Source of the DNA: Protoeuglena noctilucae
Taxonomy: Eukaryota
Length of the DNA: 64,000 nucleotides
Direction: 5' to 3'
Assembly: GCA_958009085.1 (NCBI GenBank)
Contig: OY253687.1
Span: 744,001 to 808,000 of the forward strand
Shown here: in pieces, positions 36,401 through 49,700 of the stretch
How the letters are laid out: each line of letters starts with the position of its first letter
How positions within the stretch are numbered: the first letter of the stretch is position 1
Notes under the pieces: generated by a model
The model's input: only the letters and a program-made list of their open reading frames with translations
Told to the model about the DNA's origin: nothing
Databases searched by the model: none
Position numbers and translations under genes: made by a program

Positions 36401-39400
36401 CCACCACCCACTGATGATGCAACAACATCAACATGTGAATGTGAATGACAGCAACCCGACATCGCCACGACTGTTATCATCAACAATCCACATATTCAGG
36501 ACAGTCACTCACGATGGCCACGGGCGTTCCTAGTGATTGAATTTCCCTGGCATCCGGGGATACCCCGCACCAGTAGCCGGACAGGGCGTGCCAGCAGAGC
36601 ACGAGCTGAGAGGGGAAAGGAGAGGGAGGGATAAGGGTTTGATGTTATTGTGAGTTTAATAAGTCGGTGTCAATGCAATCACATGCATGACCTCTCACAC
36701 CCCTCTTGCTTGTTGCCTTCAACCCGTACCCACCGCTCATCACATCACACCCCCACCCTCACCCACTTATTCAACCATCGAATCTCACCTTCACTCCGTA
36801 TCGCTTCTTCATCCTTGCCACCAGCATCCTCAACCCCCCCCCCACCACCTCATCCACGCCCCTCCCCGCACCCACATCACCCACACTCGCACCCGCACCC
36901 GCACCCGCACTTGTCCCAGTCCGCACCCCCCCATTCGCCACCGCAGCCCCCGCCATGCCACCCCCCAGCCCCAACCGCCCATCCTCGCTCACACGCACAC
37001 CCTGTACGCTCCCCTTCCCACTCCCCTCCTTCCCCTCACTCCCCTCATCCCCATTCCCCACCCCATTCCCAACCTCCCCACCATCCCTCTTATCAACCAT
37101 ATTCGTCCCCCCGTCTCCATCTATCGATTCCCCCATCACTGTCGTTACCGATTCCAGCGTTTCGCCGATGTCAGCCCCTGACTCATCCCGCAAGACTGAC
37201 ACGCGTGTCGCTGACGCCGCCAGTGTGGGCGGCCTTTCAAATTTGTCGTTCTCCGTCACCCCGCACAGTCGCTTGCTGTGGTCGCCAAAGTCGGCGTAAA
37301 AGGCAAGGAGGGCGCCGCGGCTGTGGGGGGAGGAAGGGGGGGGTGTTGTTGGTTTGTTGGTGTTGTTTGTTTGGGATGAGGTTAGGGGTATCAGTATCAC
37401 CACATATACATAATAATTACTAGTATTATTCCTCATATATCACTCACCCCACCCCCCTAGCGAAGAACCTCCACACGTAGAAGGGGCATTAGTGTCATTA
37501 TATATACATGGTAATTACTAGTATTAGTATAACTAGTATTCCGATTCGACTCACCCCACCCCCCTGGCGAAACACCTCCACACGTAGAAGGGAATCGAGA
37601 ATGGCGGGGCGGGGTCCACCAGCTCCTGGTAGGCCCACATGATGGCGCGGGTGCCCTGGGCCTGCGAGAGGGCGAGAGTTGAATGATACTTATGATAATA
37701 ATGTGGCGATACACACGTAGCTAACCGTATTTACTAAGTTCTAGATGTAGCAGAGTAACAAAGCAATAACCAAAGCCCCTCGCGCCTCACCAGCACCCCC
37801 CCACGACCGTCTCCCACAGCCAGCCCACACATCTCACTATAATATATCTATATTACTGTATATCTATATTAACCAATAACAACCGCGTCTCACCAGCACC
37901 CCCCCTACGACCGTCTCCCACAGCGTGGGCCGCGGGGCCTCCTCCCCCAGCAGCGTTTCCACGGTGGTTGCCAGAATCTGACTGGCCGTCACGGGGGCCA
38001 TGTTGGTGGCCTCCTTGACCAGCTGCGATGAGTGAGAGGGTGATGATTGAGAATGGATTAAGAATGGAACGACCTGTGCTTGTGTGAGCCTTCACCACCC
38101 TCTTCCAGCCCCACCCTCACCCACACCCACCTTCGCCGTCTTCTTCTCCGCCTCATTCTCATTGAATCACTATTTTATCACTGTCTAATCACTTATACCA
38201 ATCACAAACACCCACATCCAACACACCCCTCCGGCCCTCTCACCTTGGCCGTCCTCTCCTCGGCCTCATTTTCATCTCCATCAATTACACAGACAATCAA
38301 CACCCATCCACCCATGCATCTCTTCTCACCTTGGCCGTCCTCTTCTCGGCCTCGTTCTTCCCCGCCGCCGACAGCCCCTCCCGCATGTCGCTGAACTCGC
38401 TCAGCATTACGTTGTCGGGTCTCCGGAACTCCTCGGCCGGAGCCACCTGCGTGGGCAGACACTTCCATGACCATCGCCCCACGACCATTACACACCCCAT
38501 TCACATCCACAATCCATCAACCCGTTAACACGTGCACGACCATTACCCCACATTCACATCCACACTCCTCTGCTCACATCCACACTCCCTTGCTCCCTCA
38601 ACCCCATCTCATCCGCACCCATTACCCCATTCCCCATCCCCATTCCCCACCCCCCCCCCTGTCACCTGCTGCCACCCGTCATCGATGATGACGAACCCCG
38701 GGGTCACCCCCGCCTGCTCGAGCGCGGACATCCCGCGTTCGATCCCGTCCGAGTCCACCGCGGAGTAAAAGGCGTCCCAGGTGCACCAGCCGAAGAGGTC
38801 CAGGAAGGCGGGGGGTTGCTTGGACTGGCGGGGGCGGGCGCCGCCAGAAAGGAAGGCGGCTGTGAACAGGGGGGGATATGAGGAATGGTGATGGTAACGA
38901 TGAACGAGGCTGTTGATGGTGCGCTGCGTTGGGCTGCTAGAGAGGGAGGCAGCTGTGGGAGGGGAGAGGTGCGACACCCACCCTCACCCCCACCACCCAC
39001 TACCACCCCTCACCCCTCTCCGCAACACACCCAACCCACCCCCACCCACACACCCCCCCACCCTCCCCTCTACAACACCCCCCATACCCCACTACCCACA
39101 CCCCTCACCCCTGTGCACCACGCGCTCAGCGAGCGCGAACGGGTCGCCCCCCGTCGCCACATATACCACCTGCCCCCACTCCGCCGCCGCCGTCTCATCC
39201 CTCCCGCTCTCCACACGCACGCACACGCTGTCTGGCGACGCAGGGCCACCGAGTAGCCCCCGCGGCCGCCCCGGACCTCGCATTGTGGATCGAAAGCGCC
39301 CATCGTCGAGCATCCCGCACATGCACACGTACTCCCCGGTCCCCTCCACCTCCCCCAGCATGTACTGCGTCTCCCCCACCAAGTCTTTCGCATGACTGCC

Positions 39401-39925
39401 CCAGTTGGGGATCATCCACCAGATCTTCTTGCGTGCACACGCCAGAAACCGGTCCAGGCGCAGGGATCCCAGGACGGCGTCGGCGGTGGCGCGGGGGCGG
39501 CCGTCCGGGCACCGCTGGGACAGGGGAAGGGGTGGGGTTGGGTGGGGTGAGATGAAGTAGTGGCACGGAGTCTGTTGGGTGAGCATCCAACTAGGGCCGA
39601 TGGCTATGCGAGCCTTGGCAGATAGAAGAATAACATTCATTATGCACAAACAGTACACAAAGTCGTCTTATGCGCACCCTAGCTGTCTCACCAGTCGCAG
39701 GATGGTCCCATGGCCTCCGCCCTCATGTGCCGCGCCGTCGCTGTCGCCGTTTGCGTCCCGTCGGGCCTCCCAGCAGTCCGGCACGCCCACGAGGACCGGG
39801 GCGCCGGACGGGGTGACGAGGTCGCGGCCTGGAGTCAGCGTCAGAGGCGAGGCGGCCGGGCGGGGGCGGGAGGTGGAGGGGCGCGAGCGGGGTGGCGCTG
39901 CCGCGCTCCCCGCCGTGCGGCTCAT
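33417..39925 (-). CDS. Raffinose synthase / seed-imbibition protein (alkaline alpha-galactosidase)-like, GH36
   Basis: KIWWMIP, ETQYML, FLDLFGWCTWDAFY, FVIIDDGWQ, CWHALSGYWCG, GVDGVKVDVQ, RASDDFYP, PDWDMFHS, AISGGPVYVSDRPGKHD; may extend upstream to 40261. Confidence 0.93.
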
Positions 39926-40969
39926 CGTCGTCGCTCCGGCGCGCGACGAGCGCTCCTGGGGCGCCGGACCGCCCCGGTGAGCAGCGAGGGCCGGCGGGAG
40001 CGGGCGCGGGCGGAAGGGGCGGACGCGGAGGTGGGCTGCTGCGGGCGGGGCTACGTCGCGTCCCCCGTCGCGGCCGGGAACCGGGCGGAAACGCGACCAC
40101 AAACGCGTCGATCGCGCGCTTACCAGATGTTTTGCGAACGATGGCGTGTCCCCGCGTGCCTGCCGCTCGCATCCTCCCGTACCAACCGAGCGCAGAAAGG
40201 GGACACTCTGCGCGGCGCGGGAAGGGTCTCGGGGGTCCCTAAGCGAGCGTCGCGGATGCATTTGAGCGATGACACGCCAACGCGACGCGCGAGGCCCCGT
40301 CGCGCTGCCGGAGACGGCGCCCGGGACCGCCGCGCGGGGGAGCGCACGGGGGCCTGCCGTTTAGCCGGGAGAGAGCCTCAAGGCGTCCGGGACGGCACCT
40401 CCGCTACGGAAGAGGACACTAGCTAGGAAAAGCGTGCTGGGATGCGCTGGCGAGGGTTGTGGTCGGCCAGGTCTCCAGCCACGACCAGATGTGGCTGGGC
40501 TCCGTCGCGTGCGGCCCCCGACACAACCGGGGAGCGTGTCGCCACAGCAAATCGGCAATTCCCGCGGAAAGAGGGAGGCGGGCGAGGGAAATGGTGATCC
40601 AGGGTGACGAGGCAGCCTCCCCCGGGTTGACCCGCCCAGGAGACCCGCACGAGCCGCCAAGACCGTCACTGCAGTATGACTAGGCAGATCGTCGCGCACG
40701 CACCTCACTGGCGGGCTCTGCGAGGTTCGCCGAGCCGAAAAAACGGGTCTAGGAAAAAAAAGTCCGCGGCTTCGTGCACCGAGCCGAGAGACGAGCGCGA
40801 GAAACGCGCCGCCGTCGCACGCCCTGGCTTGGTACACGCCGTCGGACCAAACTCTGACGGTTTACCCCTGCCACCCCGCGGCGAGCTTCCAGCCACTGAC
40901 TGCCAGCGTGTGGGCCCCAGGACGACGCGATCGGCGGGTGGGAGGGGTTCGCGGCCATGGCGTGAGGCG

Positions 40970-42692
40970 ATGGAGGCGCTTTTCTCGCCTCCCCTCGCGC
41001 TGCGGGACGTGGATGTGGGCGGAGGTCGCGGCGTATTTGCCACGGCACCCATCCGAGCAGGTGTGGCTCCGTGGATGCTGCAAGACGCCTCTCTGCAGCC
41101 CTTTGCGGTGAATATTACTGCCGACGTGCTGTGCGCGAGGTCGGCCGCCCGCGACGACTCGAGGAATGGTCCCCGCTCCCAGGCACCGTGGTGCTGGCGG
41201 AGCTCGCTGTCCTGGAGGTCCCACAGAGCGCCCGGGAGGGCGAGACGCTGCACGTGGCACTCGCGCGGGCCGCCCTGGCCTGTGGCGACCTCCTGGGCGA
41301 TTCAATGGCGCAGCTGCACCCAAAAACGCTCGCGTCCCTCAGCGCCGAGCAGCTCGCCGAATGCCGGGAGCGACACGCCGCGGCGGCCGAGCGGGTGGCG
41401 GCCGATGCCGGCGTGGACCGCAACCATGCGCTGCTGTTCATCTTCAAGATGGAGTTCAACGCCTATACCTCCGGCCTCTACCTGCGCAAGGCCATGGTCA
41501 ACCACGCATGCTTGCCCAACTGCGCGTCCTTCGGGTGATTGAGAAGCACGGGCAGTGCCGCTGTGTACCTCCGAGTGACTGTGCACCTGTCGGTAGCTAG
41601 AGGCCACAGCTTGGCTTTGAGCACCCTCCCCACACAGGCATAAGGGTGCGGAGGGTGGGAGTTGGTCGGAGCTCGTGGCGGTGCGGGACATCTCGCCGGG
41701 GGAGGAAATCACGATCGCGTACCTCTCCCCACCCGAGCGGTCCCACGGGTGTCGCAGAGCCGCTCTGCGCGAGCAACATCTGTTTGAGGCGAGTGGCCGG
41801 GGCTGCGTTGATAGACGAGCAGATAACTCTGCTCTGCTCTATTACATTGTCACTCACGCCACTCGCTCCGTCGAACCTGCGCCGCAGCTGGGCCCGTCGC
41901 CCTTCCCGGAGCCTTGCGAGGAGCTGCGGTGGGGCCCAGGATGCACGAATGCAGGCGCTGCCGTCGCGAGTCGGGCCGAGGCGGAGGCGGCCGTGGCGAC
42001 GTGGGAAGCGCGTATCGACAAGTGGGAACAGGTGGAACAAGCTGAGACCAGCAGTGCCCGTGAACGCTTCGCCGCGCTCGAGGAGGCGAGAACGCCGCGC
42101 GACATGGTGTAGACAGCGAAACGGGCTGCGCAGGGCGTTGCCCAGGGACACGCACGACGTGGCGCGGCTATGTTTGCAGGCGGAGGCGCGCCTGTCCGAG
42201 CTGTGCGGGCCCCGGCACCTGGCGCTCGCACGCGTCCGCCAGTCGATGCTGCGCGTGTGCAGCGCGGAGGAGTCGATCTTCCCCGACCGCACCGCCCGCG
42301 CGAGCTGCGCGTTGCGGCTGGCGCTGGACGTGATGGCGACACAGGAGCTCTACCTCGGCGCCGACCACTGCGAGCGGGCGTCCACCCTGGGGGACGCGGC
42401 CAACGCCCTGAGGTCTCTGTTGGAAGGCAGGGACGGTGCTCAGGTCCTCTCCACGCGGTTCGGCCACGTGGACTGGGCGTGCTTCCTCCCGGATGCCGAC
42501 CGCGCGTGCAGCGCGGTTGCGCTGGCGCGGAGGGTGTGCTCCGGGTGGGAGCGGGAGGCTTTGCGGCTGCAGAGGCTCTACGAGGAGGGGAAGGCCGCGT
42601 TGGACAGCACGCCGGCCCCGGTGCCGCCCAGCCCGGAGCCCGCACCCGCCGCTGCGACGCGCGAGGGCGATCCCTGGGACATCTTTGTTTGA
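40970..42692 (+). CDS. SET-domain (SMYD-like) methyltransferase with helical C-terminal region
   Basis: GGRGVFATAPIRAG, FNAYTSGLY...MVNHACLPNC, LVAVRDISPGEEITIAY; one internal junction (42020-42135) is unresolved. Confidence 0.82.
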
Positions 42693-43704
42693 AAATGAAT
42701 GCGCACATCAGCTGCAGCCGGCGGGGTTTCTCGCAAGTGTGATGTTTCGGGCAGTGCACCGACGCAGCGAGATTGAGCGACCGAACGCGGCGTTCTCTCG
42801 CGCGCTTTGTCTTCGATGGCTGCTCTGCGTGGATCAGACGGGTTGGGGCAGCAGCGGTCTGTCCCTCCAACAGGTGGGTGGACGAGGGCATCGACGAGGG
42901 CCCGGGCGCCCTCGCCGCGCCTGGCCTGCAGGAGCTGGCATCGGCTCGCACACAAATCGCTGCCCGCGGCAAGCCCAGGCCTGCCGCTTGCTCGGGTCGG
43001 TCGTATCTGAGTTGTCCCCCCGCATGCAGCTCCGAGTTGGAAGAGCCCCCGCGTGACCGTGGCATAATCAGCACACTGACAATGCTTTTCCGCGAGAGCG
43101 CCGGATCCATGGACGTCTAGACCCACAAGCGGCTACAGGTGAGCTGCGGCGGGGTGTGCGTGGCTGAAATCGCATCGCTTGCCGGTTTCCGCCTATGTTG
43201 ATGTCGGGGACGAGCGCAGCTGGGTCCCCGGGGGTCGTGCGGCCGCCCGACAGGGGTGCATTCCTGTGTGGCCCGGTGCCTGTGGGCGGGGACGTCCCGC
43301 GCGGTGCATTGGCCCGCCATGCTACGCTTCGCGTTGCTCGTTGTCGTCTTTGCCGGACGGGTACCGCGTTTCGGCCCGGGGGGTCCCCCCGAGGGGGCGC
43401 GAGCGCGGATCTGCTGGCCTGTCTCGGTCAAACGTCCTGGGCGGGCGGGCGGGGCCGCTTCGTCTCCAAGCGCGCCCCGGGGATGCATCATTGCCGTCCT
43501 CTATGTCGCGCCTCGGCGTCCCCCCGGCGCCACACGCGGGCAGGCGCCTCCTTTGGCCACCCAAGCGCGGCGATTCAGGACGCCTCTCGCGTCGGGGCGG
43601 CCGGCGCGGGAGGGGCGTCCGGGCCGTCGCGCGAACCCGTGGGTGCGTCCCTCCCCCCGCAGGGCTGCCCGGCCCCTTCCCCCGTCCGCCGGCCTTGGGG
43701 AGCG

Positions 43705-46700
43705 ATGGAGAAGGGCCATGCGGGCCGGCCCACGGAGCGGCGGAGCGCCCCGGGGGACGAGCCGGCGTCTGTGTGTAACAACGGCTTCTTCAGGTCGAGC
43801 GGACACAGCGGGCACGGCGCCGCGGCGGGCCAGGACACCACGCCCGATGTGCTCATGTCCGCCGTCGAGCACGCGGTCAAGGCGTCCCAGTCCGTGGTGA
43901 GGGGCGCGCCTCCCGTTCCGCGATCGACGTATTTCATCGCGGCTTGTCGGAGCCGCCGGGGTGCGCAGGGTCGGCCACCTCGCCCCCGGGAAGGGAGCGA
44001 TCCGCCTTTCGCTGTCCGTGAATGCAGATGCTCGATCAGCGTTTCTCCGTCTCATTGCCGGAGGTACCCGCAGCCCCGCCCGGGACCCGGGGGACCAAGG
44101 TTGCCCCCCTCGAGCCCAGCCCGGAGCCCGACTTCGGCGCGCGCGTCGCCCCGCGCATGTCCGGCAAGCGGGCGTCCGATCCCGCCAACGGCACCGCCAA
44201 GGCAAGCGCGGGACAGGGCCGCCGCGCGTGCCGGCGGGGGCTCGGCATGCCGGACTTCCGAGTCGCCGGCACGGCGCCGCCCGGGCCCCAGACCCCGCGC
44301 TTGCGTCATCGCCGCTACTCATTCGTCATCTCCCACCGCGCCGTTGCGGCCGCACGCGCGTGCGGGCTCTTCGCGCGAAGCTTGCGCCACCAGCAGCCCG
44401 CTTGCTGCCGCAGGGCAAGTCGACGGAGGAGGCGCCCGACTCGCCGCGCTTCTCCGGCAGGACGATCGAGACGCGTCGCTCCTTCGGAGAGACGCCCTTC
44501 AGTCCCCGTGAGCGCAGCATCCCGCCCACACGCCCCCAGCCCCGCCCGCCTTCACTCTCGCCCCGACCAACCCACGCCCCGTCCTTTCCTCCCCAGGCGC
44601 GGGCCCCCCGGAGGAGTCGGCGCCGAAGAAGAGCATTTTCTCCCAGTTCGTGTCGCGCATGGAGCAGGTGGCGCTTCACGGCGTGTCGCTCGAGTTCTCG
44701 TCCCCCACCTCCTTCGCCGTCCTGATGACGGTCATCGCCGTGGCGTTCCATACGACCTGGTTCAACCTCCTGATCGTCCATTCCGCCCGCCACCTCGACA
44801 TCGACCTCTCCCGCATCGACTTCTCCTCTTCCATCGTCCACGACCTGGCGCACCCCGCGTGGTCGCACGCCTCCCCCCGCTCCCTCCGCCGCGCCGCCGC
44901 CGCCGAATTCGCCCTCGTCCTCTTCAACCTCGCCCTCCTCTGCGCCTCCGTCGTGTCGCTCCTCGTCCCGCGGCTCTCCAACTGGGTGTTTGAGCGTCGC
45001 GACCCTCTGGTGCTCACCACGCTCATGGGGTTCACCGCCACGCTCATCCCGGGCTTCTGGGTCGTCCACGACTTCTTCACCTGGCCCCACGCCCTGCACC
45101 TGGGCCTGGCGCTGTCGGTGGTCCTGGCCATCACGCTCAAGAGCTGCAAGAGCCACAGCCGGGGGCGCAACCTGGTCGTGCCCTGGCTCATCGCCGTGCC
45201 GCTGACCACCATCGCGGCGCTCGTCGAGCACGGCAGGCGCACGGACGCCGCGCAGGCGGGGATTGTGGTGGGGTCGCTGGCCCTGGTGGGGCTCGGGCCC
45301 ACCGTTTGGCAGGTCGCCATGGTGAGAGACTTGGCTGACTGATTGGCTATCGCAATGGTGTGGGGCCGTGTGGCGGGTCGCCATGGTGTGGGGATAGATG
45401 GGCCTAGATGGGGACATCTCATATGGATGGATTGGATGGATTGAAACGCCACCAAGCCCTCACCCACACGCACCCCTCACCACCACTCCCCCACACCGTC
45501 ACCCACACCTCACGCCCATGCACCCCCACCGCAGTTCCCGCGAGCCCTGAAGGCCCAGGAGGCCCCCATCCTGTCTGAGCCCGAGGTCTTCACCCCCGAG
45601 CGACTCTGGGACCGCCTGGTCATGCGCGCCACGTCTGCATGGCGCAACTTAAGGGTGAGTAGGTTGTATGATGCATGGCACATGGGGATGCGGTTCATGC
45701 ACCTCACTATGCGTCTCACTGATGTGGATCTCACTACTTGCCCCACACGTTTTGTGCTTAGTGCTTCAAGCACTCTATCCAAAAGTGGTACCAAAACGAC
45801 CCCTCCCCCTCCCCCCCAGGGCGCCATCCGTGGCCGCCTGGTCCTCATCGCCGCCATCTTGGTATCAGTAGGCTGGGTGTGCATCCTGGGGTCGTGGGCG
45901 GTGGTCACGGTGGTGATGGTGCTCGCCAGCAGCGTCCAGATCGACTCCACGCTGCTCTTCCTGTTTTTACTGATCAACTTCTCCGTGCTGCGGTGGGGTT
46001 CGTTCATGGGAATTACCGCCAGGCGAGTGTCGGGGGGCAAGCTGGGCAGAGACGCCTAGCGTTGGCAGTTCCAGCACCACCGCCACTCACAACGTACATA
46101 GCTGCTCTCTCCCACTCCACCAATCCCTCTTTCGCACTAGTAACCGCGTCTTACCGTCAACCCCACTCGGCCACCCCACCCACCCCACTCCTCACTGCCA
46201 ACCCCACTCCACACACCCCGAGCCTCTCACTCCATCACCCTCACCCCCCACCCCCTCACACCCTCACAGAGAGGAGGTGATCCGCAACCTCGTCCCTCTG
46301 GATGTGGCCAAAGCCCTCATCACCAAGACAGCCCGCCACCCCGGTGCCTCCCTCCCCTTTGGGCAGAAGCCCATGGGACGGGGCGCAGCGGCGCGGCGCA
46401 GCTTGGCTCTTGAGGACGGGGCGTTTAGGAAGACAGTGGCGGCGAGGGCGCGCGGGGTGGCGGACGCGCGCACGCCCCTCGGCAGTGGCCGGGCGAGCAT
46501 GACCATTACGCGCGCCCCGGGCGGCGACCAGGGCCCTGCCAACACCCCCTCGCGCTTCTCCATGTCCGTCGCACCTGCGCACGGCCCACCGATGCGGCCC
46601 TCGGCCGCAGCGCTGTCGGCTGCGCTCGCCCGCACCGCCGCAGCATAGAGGGACGGGACCGGGTCTGGGCCGGGGTCGGGTGCGGCCAGCGGCAGGCCCT

Positions 46701-49700
46701 CTGCGGCGAGCAACCTGTCCGGGGGTGGTGGTGGGGGTGGGGGCGGTGGGGGCCGCAAGCCGAGTCGGTTCTCAGCGCCGGGGCAGGGCGAGGCGGCGGC
46801 GGTGGCGGCGGTGCGAGAGGCGAGTGGGGCGCAGGTGCGTGGGGTGGGCTGTGTGGGGTGCGGGTGTGTGGGGTGGGGTGTGTGGGGCGAGTGGGGTGGG
46901 GTATGTGGGAGTGGCATGTGGACTTCTGGTGTCGTCTTGTGGCTCATGCTCCCCATGGCGTGCCCTCTTCCAACACACCCACGACTGTCGCTCCCCTGTT
47001 CCCGCACGACTGTCGAGGTCTCGTTCCTGACCTTCTTGCACCGTCGTCGCCTTGCCCCGCAGACATCCCCTCAGGGCGACATCATGAACAACTTCTTCAA
47101 CGCGGCACCGAAGCTGGTGAGGCAGGAGTGGGCGTGTTGTTGCGACAGCAAACGGGGTGTGCGGTAGCGACTGGTGCCACCCTCTCGCCCCGACCAGCCC
47201 TGGGCCGCGACACCCACCCGCCAACCCTCCCCCCCCCCACTGGCCCTCTCCTTTCCCCACACCCCATCCCCACCCACCCACCCACCACTCCCCTCCTCCC
47301 CTCCCCCACAGTCCCAGTCCCCCTCGGCTCCCCTCGCGGGCCGCTGCAGCGCCGACGCCCCCGCCGACGGCGGTGACGCCATCCTCGCCACCCAAGGGTC
47401 CGATTCCGGCACCACCCCCCTCGCGACCAACGCCTCCGTCTCCGGATCGAGCAGCGGGGGGTCGTCGACCGGATCGCGCAGCGTGGTAAGGCGAAACCAG
47501 AAGAGCGGGGGGCTGGTGCTGGCGGCTATAGCAGAGGAGCACCAGGCTGAGTCGCGCAAGCCGTCCGCGGCCAGCCCCGCGGGGGCCCTCGCGCCGCCCG
47601 GCAACGCAGCGGGTGCGGGTGCGGGTGCGGCGGGGGTGGATGTGGCGGGTGCGGGGGCGGAGGCGGGGGCGGCGGGGTCGAGCCCACCGCGCGCCAAGAG
47701 CGCTCCCCGTGCTGCTTTGGCAAAGATGACGCCGCTGGTGGTGGATGCTGCGGGCGACCGGCCGGATAGCCTAGAGACGAGCGTGCGCAACAGCGCGAGT
47801 GGGAAAGACTTGGTGGGCGGGGAGGGCGGGGGTGCGGCGGGGGCGGCGGGGACGAGGGTGGAGCGCCGGCGCAGCCTGGATACGGTGAGGGTGGTGGGGG
47901 AGATGGGGTGGAGATGGGGTGATGTGTTGTTGCTGTCGCGAGTACATTCAAGACACGGTGAGAGTGGTGGGGGATGGAGATTAGGTGGTCTGTTGTCGTT
48001 GCGATTGCAGTCATGAGGCGTGACGCCTCGTGGGTGTTGGTAAGACTGGCGTGCATCACTGACACCCGCCCCGATGCCCCCCCTTTCTTTTCTCACCCCC
48101 CAGTCCCACAACCGCATAAGCGGCGGCGCGGACGGCGTCGGCGAGGATCCCGAGACGCTGCGGCGTCGATTCGAGGAGATCAAGATGGCCCGGCACGCCA
48201 CGCGCGTCGTCCGCGCCTCGTCACGAAGCCACCGCTCGCTCGTGAGGGCGGGCAGCCGGACGCTGGACGCGGATCCGCTGCGCCCACGGAGCGCGGAGGC
48301 GCACGTGGGCGAGTCAGGGGCTGAAGACGCGGGCCCCGTGGCGCCACCCCACGACACAGGGCTTCTGACGGGCACGTCTGCGGGGGTGGAGCAGGGCGCT
48401 TTGCTGCGGGAGGCCAGCCGGAGATTATCCAACCAGGTCGCGCCGACCGGTGCGCTGGTGCCATCGACGGGATCGCACGCGCTGCCACCGGAGGTGCAAG
48501 CGGCGGTGGCGAATCGCAAGTCACGAGGGTCGCGCGGGCTCAGCGTGGGGCTCGGGATGGACCGACTGGAGGGATCTGGGGAGCTGAGCCGGGAAGACGA
48601 GTCGCAGTCTCACTCGCAATCGCTGTCGCCACGCGCGCGGCGGGGGCGGGGGTGGGTGCCGCCGTGGCGGGGGCGGCGGGGGGCGACGACGAAAGAGGGG
48701 TCAGGGGATGGGAGCGGGACGGAGGGGAATGTGGGGGCTTCGGGGGTGCGGGAGAGGGCGCGGACGACTGTGGAGCTGCTGGAGACGCGGTGAGGAGGGA
48801 TGGAGTGGGAGTGGGTGGGGTGTGGGGTGAGGGGGGGGTGGGGTAGCGATGGGTAGCGATGGGTGGTGTAGTGGGGTGCTGGAGGGTGGTGGGGATGAGA
48901 GTGGGGCAAAGGGACAAGATTCAACTTCATTTCACCGCTTGCTTTTACCACACTCCACCCGTTCATCACACCCCCTCACCCCCATCACCTCTTCAACACC
49001 ACATCTCCACCACTCACACCATCACCACTCACACCATCACCCCCACCCCCTTCCCCGCAGCACCACGGGCCTGCGTGGCTTCTTCAACAACCGCCACCGC
49101 CGTCACGAGTCCGCGGACGAGCGCCCGCCCGGCGCGGTGAATGGGGCATCGGGGGGGCGCGTCACAGAGACGGAGAGCGCACAGGCATCGGGAACGGTGT
49201 TCAACATCGAGGGGGCGGTGAGTGGATGGAGAGTGATTGTCGTGCTGCTGGTAGGGCTGTGTTGTTATAGCACAATGGTACAACTCACCTCCAACACGCA
49301 CCTCCCCTCGCCACCCCACCCCACCCCACACCTCCTCACCCCACCCCTCCCCACCACCCCCAACCCCACCCCACCCCACCCCACCCCTCCCTCCCAGGCC
49401 GCCTCGAATGGCCTCCACGCCAAGCGCCTGGTCTATTACAAAGAACACCCAGAAGTGACGATGGTGTTTAGCGACCTGGTCGGATACACCGCGTTATCGT
49501 CCACCAAGCACCCGGCGGATTTGTTGGTGATGCTCCATGAGTTCTTTGAGCAGCTGGGTGACGTGGTGGAGATGGAGGGGGCGTACAAGTACGAGACGGG
49601 TGAGGGGAGATGAGGGTGGTGGGGTAGTGGCATGGGGTGGTGGAGATGGTGGTGGAGATGAGCAATGAGCGCCTGAGCGGTAAGCTGTGACAGCAGGCCT

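Noticed and set aside
42020..42135. TAG at 42110 in the SET gene as a second case of stop reassignment
   Set aside because: The downstream coding sequence is in a different frame, so an intron or indel is needed regardless
47071..48519. 482-aa minus-strand ORF
   Set aside because: Antisense to the cyclase linker exons and crosses its introns; no motif support
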